DNA of 64,000 bases, taken from positions 1 to 64,000 of the forward strand of contig CAMTVO010000001.1 of the NCBI GenBank assembly GCA_947085205.1, read 5' to 3'. This document shows positions 17,811 through 27,741 of the stretch, piece by piece. Made by a program: the position numbers and the translations under genes. Position 1 is the stretch's first letter; every line of letters begins with the position of its first letter. Source of the DNA: an uncultured Nitrospiraceae bacterium. Its GTDB lineage: Bacteria > Nitrospirota > Thermodesulfovibrionia > Thermodesulfovibrionales > Dissulfurispiraceae. The notes below the pieces were generated by a model, which made no database searches, was not told the origin of the DNA, and saw only the letters and a program-made list of their open reading frames with translations.

Positions 17811-20577
17811 CCCTGAGCGGGCTCAGAAAAACATCGAGACATTCCTCTCGGAACATCCTGATTATACCGAAAAATTAAATTCCAGCATATCTGAGGTATC
17901 TGCTCTATTCTCATACAGCCAGTTTCTTGCAAATTACTGCATAAAAAATCCAGATGCATTATTTCATGCCCTAAATAACCTTTACGTAACTTTTGACTCG
18001 GAACAAATCAAAACAGAACTAAAAGAACTCCTTTTTTCCTGCATATCAATAAGCGATGGAATGAAGACAGTCCGCAACTTTAGAAAAGACAAATTTCTGA
18101 TTATTACGCTTAAAGATATTCTTAGGCAGGCAGAGCTTCAGGAGATAATGCTCGATATGAGTAGTCTCGCGGATGCCGTTTTATGCGAATCCTTGGACTT
18201 TGTCGAATCATTTCTAAGGCAGCGATACGGAACTCCGGAAAACAATTCCATTGCAATTATAGCCCTCGGCAAATTAGGCGCTCTGGAGCTCAATTACAGC
18301 TCTGATGTGGACATAATCTTTGTTTACAGGAAAGAAGGCGCGACCAGCGGGATATCTACGATTCAGGGTGTGACCATGAATAAAATCTCTGCCTTTGAGT
18401 ATTACACAAAGTTAGTTGAGGACTACACACGATTCCTTTCTGCAAATACCGAGGATGGTTTCGTCTACAGGGTGGATTTGAGATTAAGGCCTCAGGGGCA
18501 GCGCGGCAGCCTTGCGTTATCACTAAAGGGGTATGAAGAATATTACGAATCATGGGGGCAGTTGTGGGAAAGGGCTGCACTGCTTAGAGCAAGGCCTGCG
18601 GCAGGAGATATGGGGTTGGGTCAGGAGTTCCTGCAATTGATAAAACCTTTTGTTTACAGGAAATACCTCGACTTCGAGGCCATCGACGAAATCAGGAGGA
18701 TGAAATCTCAGGTAGAGCAGATAAAGACCGGGACGCTTAGCAGGGATATAAAGAGGGGTTACGGCGGGATAAGGGAGATAGAGTTTTTTATACAGATATT
18801 CCAACTGATTTACGGTGGTAAAGAACTGCTTTTAAGGGAACGAAGCACATTCAAGGCTTTGCACAGGCTCCTTCAGAAGGGATTAATCGGGTACGAGGAT
18901 TTCGGCAGGCTTTCTGAAAATTACATATTTCTAAGGACTCTCGAACACAGGCTGCAGCAACTGAATGACATTCAAACACACAGCCTGCCTTCCGGCGATG
19001 CGGAACTCGATATTCTTGCCCAAAAAATGGGTTTCCCTGACAGGTCGTTATTCCTCTCAGAACAGAATAGGAGAAGGCATACCGTAAGAGTCATATACGA
19101 CTCCCTTTTGGAATCGAGAAAAGAGCCTTCACAGGGCTTATTGAGCAGCGTATTCTGGGATATTGAAACTCCTATAGAGAATCTCCTGACAGAAGAGTTC
19201 TCAAAGACAAAAATCAGAGATGTCCAGAAAGCAATGCGCTGCCTGATAAAGATAAGAAACAATATCTACTCGTTTCAGACAATAAAGGGACGAAGGCTGC
19301 TCGAGGAAATACTGCCGAGATTCGTAGATGAAGCGCTTCGAGGTGCAAATCCCGACCTTGCCCTTCTCCAACTTGTAGACTTCTCAGGTATTCTGGCTGC
19401 AAAGGAATCCTATCTCGAAGCCATACAAAGACATGAAATAATCTCCGCGCTTAATTTTGTATTTTCTCAGAGCGAATATCTATCGAAGATACTGATGAGC
19501 AGTCCTGAATACATCGAGTCACTTGTTGAAGGTGAAGTAACAAAAAAATCATTAAAGACGTTAAAGGATGAATTAAAACCCTTGATTAACAGACACGGAG
19601 AGCATACCGCTATCCGATTATTCAGGAGGTTTGAAGAAATAAGACTGGGAATTCTCTTTCTGAACAGAAAAATAAGTGTGATGGAACTTATGAGGGCGCT
19701 GAGTAAGGTAGCAGAAGCAATTTTATCATCACTCCATCACTCCATCACTCCATCACTCCTCTCTATTATTGGTTTTGGCAAGCTCGGCGGCAGGGAGATT
19801 ATCTTCAATTCTGATCTTGACCTTGTATTTATAACACATGGTGAGCCTACAGAAGGCGATATTAAGGCAGCAGAAGGATTATTGAGGGCATGCATGTCTT
19901 ACACAAAGGACGGAATAGCATACAAAATAGACACGCGTCTGAGACCGGAAGGCAGCAAAGGCCCCCTTGTAAGCTCTTTGAAAGGCCTCAGGGATTATTA
20001 CCTGAAGCATGCACAGGTTTGGGAACTGCAGGCGCTTCTAAAGGCGCGGCCTATCTTAAAAACTCCTCAACTCCTGAACCCCTCAACTCCTAAATTCTTT
20101 ATGGATATGAGAAAAGAAGTTTTAATGGAAAGGGGCAATGAAATAACTTTAAGCGACATAAAAAAGATGAGAGAGAGGATTCAGAGAGAGCTGTCAAAAG
20201 AAACTTCCGGTGCTTATGATATAAAACTTGGAAGCGGCGGCCTCGAAGATCTTGAATTTATCATCCAGTATCTACAGCTTAAAAACTGTAAAGATAATCC
20301 ACAAATCCTCGTGCAGGGAACACTCGATGCAATCAGGAGTCTCCATGCGAATGGCATACTTAAGCATGATGATGCGGCAATTATGAAAGAGGCATACCTG
20401 TTTTATAGGACCATCGAGATAATGCTCAGGTTGAGGAATGAGTCTGTCCTGAAGGATGGAAGCAGCACGTTGCAGAGCATTGCCGGCTTTATGGATATGA
20501 ACGAAGAGAAAATCTTAACCTCGCTAAACGAAAAAAGAGAACGGATAAATGCCTTCTGGAATAGATTAGGAGATTAG
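17770..20577 (+). CDS. glnE: Glutamine synthetase adenylyltransferase/adenylyl-removing enzyme
   Basis: Two nucleotidyltransferase domains: GKLGALELNYSSDVD..RVDLRLRP and GKLGGREIIFNSDLD..DTRLRPEG. Confidence 0.93.
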   Translation: MQLTRDYGLQHLPDPERAQKNIETFLSEHPDYTEKLNSSISEVSALFSYSQFLANYCIKNPDALFHALNNLYVTFDSEQIKTELKELLFSCISISDGMKTVRNFRKDKFLIITLKDILRQAELQEIMLDMSSLADAVLCESLDFVESFLRQRYGTPENNSIAIIALGKLGALELNYSSDVDIIFVYRKEGATSGISTIQGVTMNKISAFEYYTKLVEDYTRFLSANTEDGFVYRVDLRLRPQGQRGSLALSLKGYEEYYESWGQLWERAALLRARPAAGDMGLGQEFLQLIKPFVYRKYLDFEAIDEIRRMKSQVEQIKTGTLSRDIKRGYGGIREIEFFIQIFQLIYGGKELLLRERSTFKALHRLLQKGLIGYEDFGRLSENYIFLRTLEHRLQQLNDIQTHSLPSGDAELDILAQKMGFPDRSLFLSEQNRRRHTVRVIYDSLLESRKEPSQGLLSSVFWDIETPIENLLTEEFSKTKIRDVQKAMRCLIKIRNNIYSFQTIKGRRLLEEILPRFVDEALRGANPDLALLQLVDFSGILAAKESYLEAIQRHEIISALNFVFSQSEYLSKILMSSPEYIESLVEGEVTKKSLKTLKDELKPLINRHGEHTAIRLFRRFEEIRLGILFLNRKISVMELMRALSKVAEAILSSLHHSITPSLLSIIGFGKLGGREIIFNSDLDLVFITHGEPTEGDIKAAEGLLRACMSYTKDGIAYKIDTRLRPEGSKGPLVSSLKGLRDYYLKHAQVWELQALLKARPILKTPQLLNPSTPKFFMDMRKEVLMERGNEITLSDIKKMRERIQRELSKETSGAYDIKLGSGGLEDLEFIIQYLQLKNCKDNPQILVQGTLDAIRSLHANGILKHDDAAIMKEAYLFYRTIEIMLRLRNESVLKDGSSTLQSIAGFMDMNEEKILTSLNEKRERINAFWNRLGD

Positions 20578-20621
20578 CTCATACAAGAGGGTTTTGAGAG
20601 TGTAGATTGGAGCGCCTCATG

Positions 20622-21503
20622 TTAAGGTTTATGCGCCTGTTTTTGAGCGGCATAATGCTGCGAGGGTGTCTCGTGCGGGATTATATCGAGCAGGTGTTTA
20701 ATGCCGAGGGAATCAAAGAAGGTCTGTATCTCTGTGCCTACAGAGTTAAAGATAATGCCCTTGGGGTCATCCACTACTGATGTGAGCACTAATTTGCCTG
20801 CGTGTTTAAAGCTCTCTCGTACAAGCAGTTTGGCCATTCTTACGACCGTTGTTATGGATAATTCATGCGGACCGTCAAAAAAGATCAACGTTCTCTTTTC
20901 AAACAGGTCTTTGAGGAAATCGGGCAGTCTGTATTTTTCTATCATCTTGAGTCCGAATTTTCCGTGGTGTATGGCTATGAAGTCCTCGGTCATTATCTTA
21001 GCCACGACATGGTTTCCTGCCTGCTGCTGTCTGTAGAGGTAAAGCGGTATCTTGCCAAACTCGCTGACCAGCGCGCATAGCTGAACCTTAGGCGTAAGGT
21101 TCCTGTCATATCCCAGGACATTATGCACAATAGCCAAAGAGAGGCCAGTGGTTGCGAGACACCTGTTTTTCAGATCCTGAATGTCTTTATTGCCGGAGGA
21201 TACCCCAAACAGGGCGCTGTTAAATATGAATGACTTCATGTTTTGGAGGCCGAGTATCTCTGAAACCTCCCAGAAGTCGGTGGCTGCCTGCATGCCTGGC
21301 TTTCTGTAAAACGGGGAGTTTGCGATATGAAACAAGTCGTTTCGCACACTGACCGGCAGTTTTTCTTCGAGTTCGACTATCCTGGATTTGCTCGCAAGCT
21401 CAGGATTTTCGAGCAGGGCCTGATCTCTTGGGCTAAGGCAGAAGCCAATCTTCAAATCATCGAGGTATTTTTCTATTTCTTCGAGTAAGAAGTCAGTGTC
21501 CAT
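20622..21503 (-). CDS. HDOD-domain-like protein
   Basis: LFHIANSPFY, EFGKIPL and IHHGKFG motifs resemble HDOD. Confidence 0.65.
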   Translation of the reverse strand: MDTDFLLEEIEKYLDDLKIGFCLSPRDQALLENPELASKSRIVELEEKLPVSVRNDLFHIANSPFYRKPGMQAATDFWEVSEILGLQNMKSFIFNSALFGVSSGNKDIQDLKNRCLATTGLSLAIVHNVLGYDRNLTPKVQLCALVSEFGKIPLYLYRQQQAGNHVVAKIMTEDFIAIHHGKFGLKMIEKYRLPDFLKDLFEKRTLIFFDGPHELSITTVVRMAKLLVRESFKHAGKLVLTSVVDDPKGIIFNSVGTEIQTFFDSLGIKHLLDIIPHETPSQHYAAQKQAHKP

Positions 21504-21522
21504 CAGTCCTCTTTGTCAGAAG

Positions 21523-21606
21523 TGCCGGTGGGGAAGGTCGAACTCCCATGGGGTTGCCCCCAACGAATTTTGAGTCCGTCGCGTCTGCCTGTTCCACCAC
21601 ACCGGC
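21523..21606 (-). tRNA. tRNA-Leu(CAA); CCA not encoded
   Basis: GCCGGTG/CACCGGC acceptor stem, anticodon loop CTCAAAA, long variable arm, GTTCGAC T-loop. Confidence 0.93.
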
Positions 21607-21872
21607 GGGTTGATAATTGACAAGTTTTCCCTTAAATAACATGGGAATAAGTCATTACATGAAGTGCTATAGAGTATCATAAAGTATCATGGAGTGTCAA
21701 AATTGCCCTCATTTTCTATCACATGGGATGGATAAGGCAAGGATGATGACTGCAAGGACAGAATGTATGAAAATCAAGATGCGTCTATTCATTGAAAACT
21801 CCTCATGCGCATATTATAATATAGTGACTTGGTCTCTCAGGCTCTTGCAAGAGCCTCGAAAAGGAGGATGTT

Positions 21873-22187
21873 ATGGAAATACTCGACCTTAAAAAGCTGA
21901 TAAAATTTCAGCCTGACAAAATTTCAAGAGAAATGCTTTCTGACAGGCCCGAGATGAGGATTGCCCTTATGTGCCTCGAAGCAGGTCAGGAATTGCAGCC
22001 GCATAAAGCGCCGCTCAGGCTCATAATGTATTGCGTTGAGGGCAAAGGCACATTCACAGTCGGTGATGAAGAAATCGTTGCGGATGAAAAGACAGCAATA
22101 CTCTGCGACCCTATGGTTCCGCATGGCTTCAAGGCAGATAAAGGCGAAAGGCTTGTTGTAATGGCGGTGGTTACGCCTGTGGAATAG
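21873..22187 (+). CDS. Cupin domain protein
   Basis: PHKAP..EGKGTFTVG..PHGFKA cupin motifs; AAGGAGG RBS. Confidence 0.85.
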   Translation: MEILDLKKLIKFQPDKISREMLSDRPEMRIALMCLEAGQELQPHKAPLRLIMYCVEGKGTFTVGDEEIVADEKTAILCDPMVPHGFKADKGERLVVMAVVTPVE

Positions 22188-22204
22188 GCGAGAGGCTATA
22201 GCAT

Positions 22205-22370
22205 AAAAAAACAGTGCAGTAGAATAGCAGAACAGTAGCGCAGTAAACAGTAATACAATTAACAATTACGAATTATGAATTATAGAAATTTCCTTAATTT
22301 ATAATTTTTAATTCGTAATTGTTAATTTATTCTGTTGCTCTGTCGCTCTGTCGCACTAATTAACTACTGT
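22205..22370. repeat. Composite repeat: divergent GCGACAG-family arms around an AT-rich heptamer inverted repeat
   Basis: AATTAACAATTACGAATT..AATTCGTAATTGTTAATT inverted repeat followed by CTGTCGCTCTGTCGCACTAATTAACT. Confidence 0.7.
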
Positions 22371-22427
22371 TAAATTTTTCGGGTTAAGATTCAGCGGTGA
22401 TCTCTCGATTTGAGTTAAAATAAAATT

Positions 22428-25400
22428 ATGTCAGATGTATTTCATTCACTGAAAGAACATGCAGAGCAGATACATGAAAGGCTGAAGTCGAGCGATGTAA
22501 AAAGGATTTGCAACATCTCCATTTCGCACTTCGCCCTGCTTCTTCCATTCAATGAAAAACCTTTTATAGTCATCGAGGATTCGGCTGAATCAGCTTTAAT
22601 GCTTTATAATGACCTTTTATTCTTTAGAGAAATAATAGACTCCGAACTCCAAACTCTTAACTCTAAACTCTTTTTATATTTTCCTCCTCCATCCAGTCCG
22701 GAACATGTCGGGGAGAGGGCAAGAGTATTAAATATTTTAGGCTCAAGGCTCAAGGCTCAAGGCTCAAGAAATGGGAAAGAAATGGGGATAATAACTTCAA
22801 AGGAGGCTTATTATTCAGGCTTCAACATATCCGGGATAGGAAATAGTGTTTTAAGCATCAAAAAAGGAGTGGGAATCGGCAGGGAAAGATTAGCGGAATG
22901 GCTTACAGCAAAAGGATACAGGAATGTAAGCGTAGTAATGGAAAAAGGAGAATTCAGCCGGAGAGGATGGCTCTTCGATATATATCCGGTTACGGAGGAT
23001 TCGCCTGTGAGGCTGGAGTTTTTCGGTGACGAGATAGACCTGATAAGAACGTTCAACATCGAAACACAGAGGTCTGTAAAAGAGATAGACAGTATGGAGA
23101 TTTTTCCTGCAGAAGAGGGAGAACCTGTAAATAATCTGACAGACGATTTGGCGAGGCATCTGGATATTGATGTCTTTGTTGTTAATTATCACTCCATTAC
23201 TCCATCACTCCATTCCCCAGTTCCTCCAATACTCCATCACTCCATCATAATCTCACACCTTCCCTTCATCGGAGAGGGTATTGATTCAGGTGAAATGACA
23301 ATCAAGGGTCTCGGCATTCTTCCAGAGGAGAGAAAGGGCTTAGATGACATTCCTAACGCTTTGACACAAACAGGCAAGCAGGTTATCTCTGTCCTTTCGT
23401 CAAATGCTCAGGCAGAGCGGCTTAAAGAGATTATGCTTGACGGCGGAGCTGCCGCACCTGTTATCGAAAGGCAAGACTTAAAATCATACGGCGGAAGGTT
23501 CTGCATAACCACAGGAAGACTCTCTTCCGGCATAAACATACCGGAGCTTTTAATACTCACAGACAGGGAGATATTTGGCGAAAGGCCTTCATACAGGCCG
23601 ATGAAGAAGTCAAAGGTATCAAGGCTACTTCTCAGTATTGAGGATTTAAAGCCCGGAGATTTTATTGTCCACAAAGACCACGGGATAGGGAAATTCACTG
23701 GATTGCAGAGGCAGAAGACAGAGGATTACGAAGAAGACCTCATAGCCCTCGAATATGCAAACGGAACATTATATGTGCCTTTTCACAGCATAGACAGGCT
23801 TCAAAAATACAGCGCAGGAGAAGGTCATACCCCCACCCTCGAAAGGTTAGGCGGCAAGACATGGATCAATACAAAACATAGGGTAAAAAAAGGAATCAAG
23901 GAAATGGCTGAAAAACTCCTGAAACTATACGCCGAGAGGAAAGCTGCAAGGGGCTATAAGTTCAGCGAAGACACGCCAATGCATGTGGAGTTCGATGACT
24001 TCTTCCCCTATGAAGAGACCCCTGACCAGACAAAGGCGATAGATGAGATAAAAAAACACATGCATTCCGAAATGCCGATGGATATGCTCATCTGCGGCGA
24101 TGTGGGATACGGAAAGACAGAGGTCGCTATAAGGGCTGCATTCAGGGCTGTCTATGACGGCAAACAAGCGGCTGTGCTTGTGCCCACAACACTGCTGGCA
24201 GAGCAGCACTTCAGGACATTTAAGGCAAGGGTTTCCGGATTCCCTATGAAAATAGACTATCTCAGCAGGTTCAAAAATCCGAACGAGATAAAAAAATCCA
24301 TAAAGGCCATTGCAGACGGAGAGGTGGACATAATTATAGGCACACATATGCTCCTGAACAAAAAAGTTCAGTTTCGTGAACTCGGCCTTCTGATTATAGA
24401 TGAGGAGCATCGGTTTGGAGTGGCACAAAAGGAAAGACTGAAAGAATTGAAAAAGAGCGTAGATGTCCTCACACTTACGGCAACGCCTATTCCAAGGACA
24501 TTGCATATGTCGCTGTCCGGAATACGGGAGATGTGCACTATCGAAACGTCTCCTGAGGAAAGGCTTGCAGTAAGGAGCGCTGTAACCGCATTCAATGACA
24601 GGACAATAAAAGAGGCGATAGAGAGGGAACTCCAGAGGGATGGTCAGGTATTTTTTGTCCATAACAGGATAAAGGATATAGATAAAATATTCGCGCATAT
24701 CAAAAAGCTTGTCCCTGATGCAAGGATAGCAACAGCCCATGGCCGGATGAGGGAGGTCGAACTCGAAAGGATTATGCTCGATTTTTTGAATAAAAAAACA
24801 GATGTGCTCGTATGCACTGCAATAATCGGCGCAGGCCTTGATATTACGGCAGCCAACACCATAATCATAAACAGGGCTGACGCCTTCGGACTTTCAGACC
24901 TCTATCAACTCAGGGGAAGGGTCGGAAGGGGCAATACGCAGGCATATGCATACTTTCTCATACCTGGTGAAGACATTATCACGGACGATGCGAAAAAGAG
25001 GCTTCAGGCAATACAGGAGATGAGCTACCTCGGAGCAGGATTCAGGCTCGCATTAAAAGACCTTGAGATAAGAGGCGCTGGCAATCTCATCGGAGCCGAA
25101 CAGTCAGGGCATATATACAAAGTCGGGTTCGACATGTACATGGAGATGCTCGAAAAGGCGGTTTCAGAGCTTAAAGGCGAAGAGATAAGGGAAGAGATGG
25201 AGCCTCAGATAAGGCTGAGGCTTTCTGCATTTATACCTGAAGATTATATACCCGACATAACATTAAGGCTCAGCATTTACAAACGCCTATCGTCTGTAAA
25301 GTCGCTCGATGCATTGACAGAATTAAGAGATGAGATTATCGACAGGTTCGGCAGCATGCCTGAAAAGGTTAATAATCTTATGCATGTAATGAAAATAAAG

Positions 25401-25673
25401 ATACTCTCAAAGCTCCTGTACATCTCAAGGGTCTCTGACATTGAAGGCAGATACAGGTTTTCTTTTACCTCTGATCCGGAAAATAAATATAAAATTCCGG
25501 AGGACTTCTTTGATAAACTCCTGAAAGTTCTGTTTGCGCTCCAGAAAAAAGAAAAGCAGATCCGTTTCCTGCCTGACGGATTTGAGTTGGACACACGCGG
25601 CATTTCATCAAAAGACTCTATCACAAAGACCGAAGATGCGCTCCAGCGCCTATGGACAAGCCTGTCAAAATAA
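22428..25673 (+). CDS. mfd: Transcription-repair coupling factor, with three repeat-derived insertions
   Basis: CarD-like domain, CGDVGYGKTEVA, DEEHRFGV, QLRGRVGR, DLEIRGAGNL, TRCF domain. Confidence 0.96.
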   Translation: MSDVFHSLKEHAEQIHERLKSSDVKRICNISISHFALLLPFNEKPFIVIEDSAESALMLYNDLLFFREIIDSELQTLNSKLFLYFPPPSSPEHVGERARVLNILGSRLKAQGSRNGKEMGIITSKEAYYSGFNISGIGNSVLSIKKGVGIGRERLAEWLTAKGYRNVSVVMEKGEFSRRGWLFDIYPVTEDSPVRLEFFGDEIDLIRTFNIETQRSVKEIDSMEIFPAEEGEPVNNLTDDLARHLDIDVFVVNYHSITPSLHSPVPPILHHSIIISHLPFIGEGIDSGEMTIKGLGILPEERKGLDDIPNALTQTGKQVISVLSSNAQAERLKEIMLDGGAAAPVIERQDLKSYGGRFCITTGRLSSGINIPELLILTDREIFGERPSYRPMKKSKVSRLLLSIEDLKPGDFIVHKDHGIGKFTGLQRQKTEDYEEDLIALEYANGTLYVPFHSIDRLQKYSAGEGHTPTLERLGGKTWINTKHRVKKGIKEMAEKLLKLYAERKAARGYKFSEDTPMHVEFDDFFPYEETPDQTKAIDEIKKHMHSEMPMDMLICGDVGYGKTEVAIRAAFRAVYDGKQAAVLVPTTLLAEQHFRTFKARVSGFPMKIDYLSRFKNPNEIKKSIKAIADGEVDIIIGTHMLLNKKVQFRELGLLIIDEEHRFGVAQKERLKELKKSVDVLTLTATPIPRTLHMSLSGIREMCTIETSPEERLAVRSAVTAFNDRTIKEAIERELQRDGQVFFVHNRIKDIDKIFAHIKKLVPDARIATAHGRMREVELERIMLDFLNKKTDVLVCTAIIGAGLDITAANTIIINRADAFGLSDLYQLRGRVGRGNTQAYAYFLIPGEDIITDDAKKRLQAIQEMSYLGAGFRLALKDLEIRGAGNLIGAEQSGHIYKVGFDMYMEMLEKAVSELKGEEIREEMEPQIRLRLSAFIPEDYIPDITLRLSIYKRLSSVKSLDALTELRDEIIDRFGSMPEKVNNLMHVMKIKILSKLLYISRVSDIEGRYRFSFTSDPENKYKIPEDFFDKLLKVLFALQKKEKQIRFLPDGFELDTRGISSKDSITKTEDALQRLWTSLSK

Positions 25674-25737
25674 TTTAAACCTGAATTACGCAAGGCTATG
25701 ATGGTAATATTTGCGTAATTTGGGATAAACTAAGGGC

Positions 25738-26499
25738 ATGAAAATAAGAAGTCAGAATACAGAAGTCAGAACATATTCCAATTTCCTATTTCCTATTTGT
25801 AACTTCCTATTTATACTAAGCTCTGTGATCTTGATTAGTGGCTGCGCTACGGTTTCTGTAGAAGAACTGAAGGAAGCGGAGTTCCATTACAAGATGGGAG
25901 TCTCCCATCTCAATGAAGGCAATATTCAGATGGCCTTTGTAGACTTTCAGAAGGCATACCGGATTACCCCGGACAACAAGGAGATTCTCAACAGCCTTGG
26001 GCTTGTTTATTTGCAGCTCGAAGAATTCGAAAAAGCAAAGAACCTGTTTTTAAGGGCTGTATCCATAGATTCGGAGTTCTCCGAGGCATACAACAACCTT
26101 GGCGTGACATATTCAAAAAGGGGACAATGGACAGAAGCCATAGACGCTTTTAAGAAGGCGTTAGCCAATCCTCTTTACCAAACGCCTGAAAGGGCATTTT
26201 ATAACCTCGGCATGTCTTATTACAGGGTAAGGCAATATGGGCCGGCAATTGATGCATTTAAGGACGCCATTAAGAGGGCGCCGCTGTTCTCCTTGCCTTA
26301 TTACGGACTGGCGCTTGCCTATAACAAGGAGAGCAGGTACGGAGACGCCTCTGCAATAATTGCAAGGGCGATAGAGATAGACCCTGCATACAGAGGAGAC
26401 AGGAAAAAATTCATCGCGGATGTAAGACAGAGGCTTATTACGGCAAAAGGCGAAGAAGAGGAAGATTTCAGGGACTATCTTGAGATGATGAGGTATTGA
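25738..26499 (+). CDS. TPR lipoprotein, PilF/PilW-like pilotin
   Basis: Lipobox ISGC, TPR repeats, ALANPLYQTPE. Confidence 0.75.
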   Translation: MKIRSQNTEVRTYSNFLFPICNFLFILSSVILISGCATVSVEELKEAEFHYKMGVSHLNEGNIQMAFVDFQKAYRITPDNKEILNSLGLVYLQLEEFEKAKNLFLRAVSIDSEFSEAYNNLGVTYSKRGQWTEAIDAFKKALANPLYQTPERAFYNLGMSYYRVRQYGPAIDAFKDAIKRAPLFSLPYYGLALAYNKESRYGDASAIIARAIEIDPAYRGDRKKFIADVRQRLITAKGEEEEDFRDYLEMMRY

Positions 26500-26506
26500 A
26501 ATTTAT

Positions 26507-27046
26507 TTAATTCCTCGGATGTTCTCTTCTCCACTCCTCAGGACTCTTTCTGAGACCTTTCTTGCCCCAAATTCCGGCCTTTCGTAACTGTGCCTTTTTC
26601 TGGGCGGCTGCAAATCTTTCTGTATATTTCACATTCGGAGGAATTGTATAAAGGACTACATATCCGTTTTCGAGCATCTTTTCATTAATCAGTTCTCTTT
26701 TTTTATTCCAGACATAGCCCAGAAGCCTTTCATATTTGTCCAGCTGCTCAACATCAAACTCCACGCTTACAATCCAGTCGCTTTCGCTTATAAGTTTTTT
26801 TAGATATCTCTTCGATAACCTCCCCCACGGCTCCTGTTTCAGTTCCGGTGCGTCAATGCCGATAAGCCTGACGCGCTCTATCTTGAGAGGGACGCCTGCA
26901 AAGCTCTTTGTCCTTATGCTTATCGTGTCGCCGTCATGTACTTCGGTTACGCGGAATTTCTCGCCGTATGCGGCATTTATAGGCGGTGTAATGAATAAAG
27001 TAAGGATAATAATTGTTAAAATTCTTGTATAATAGAAATGTTTCAT
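26507..27046 (-). CDS. Thermonuclease (SNase) family protein
   Basis: VHDGDTI, RVRLIGIDAPE, DKYERLLGYV. Confidence 0.92.
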   Translation of the reverse strand: MKHFYYTRILTIIILTLFITPPINAAYGEKFRVTEVHDGDTISIRTKSFAGVPLKIERVRLIGIDAPELKQEPWGRLSKRYLKKLISESDWIVSVEFDVEQLDKYERLLGYVWNKKRELINEKMLENGYVVLYTIPPNVKYTERFAAAQKKAQLRKAGIWGKKGLRKSPEEWRREHPRN

Positions 27047-27103
27047 GGGGATATATTAAGACAGGTAAGCTGCAATTGGCAATAGGCAAGAGGTATTTTC
27101 AAG

Positions 27104-27646
27104 ATGAAAAACATTGTTTTGACAGGTTTTATGGGGACAGGAAAGACAGAGGTAGGTAAAATATTGTCCCTGAAGCTCGGTTATGCTCTTGTTGATGCCG
27201 ACACAGAAATAGAGAAAGAGCAGAAGATGACGATAACCGAGATTTTCAAGCAATACGGCGAACCGAAATTCAGGGATATAGAGGCGGATGTCATAAGGCG
27301 GCTTTCGATGATGGAAAATGCAATAATATCAACAGGAGGCGGAGCAGTATTGAGGCAGGAGAACATGGATAATCTGAGGAAGAACGGTGTGATTGTCTGT
27401 CTTGCCGCATCTCCAGAAACTATCCTGAGAAGGACAGGCAATAACAACGACAGGCCGCTCCTTCAGGTCGAAAATCCCCTCCAGAAAATAAAGGAACTCC
27501 TCGAATTCAGAAAGCCGTATTACGAAAAGGCTGATATAATGATAGAGACAGAGGGAAAAAGCCCATTTGAAGTGGCAGAGGAGATAATAAAGGCAGTAGA
27601 TGCGACAGTTAATAGAGCGACAGAGCAACATCAGTGCTACAGTTAA
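27104..27646 (+). CDS. aroK: Shikimate kinase (C-terminus runs into a repeat element)
   Basis: GFMGTGKT, STGGG, RPLL. Confidence 0.95.
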   Translation: MKNIVLTGFMGTGKTEVGKILSLKLGYALVDADTEIEKEQKMTITEIFKQYGEPKFRDIEADVIRRLSMMENAIISTGGGAVLRQENMDNLRKNGVIVCLAASPETILRRTGNNNDRPLLQVENPLQKIKELLEFRKPYYEKADIMIETEGKSPFEVAEEIIKAVDATVNRATEQHQCYS

Positions 27647-27740
27647 TAGAGCGACAGAACGACAGTTTTTTATAAGGAATAAATTTTTCCATAATTTAAC
27701 TGTCGCACTGCCGAACTGTCGCACTAATTAACTAATTAAA
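27601..27740. repeat. GCGACAG element, copy 3
   Basis: Near-identical to copy 1 with one fewer 34-bp unit. Confidence 0.9.
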
Positions 27741-27741
27741 A

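Noticed and set aside
20622..21606. tRNA-Leu as an integration site for an island
   Set aside because: No integrase and no duplicated tRNA 3' end seen; only one HDOD-like gene lies downstream.
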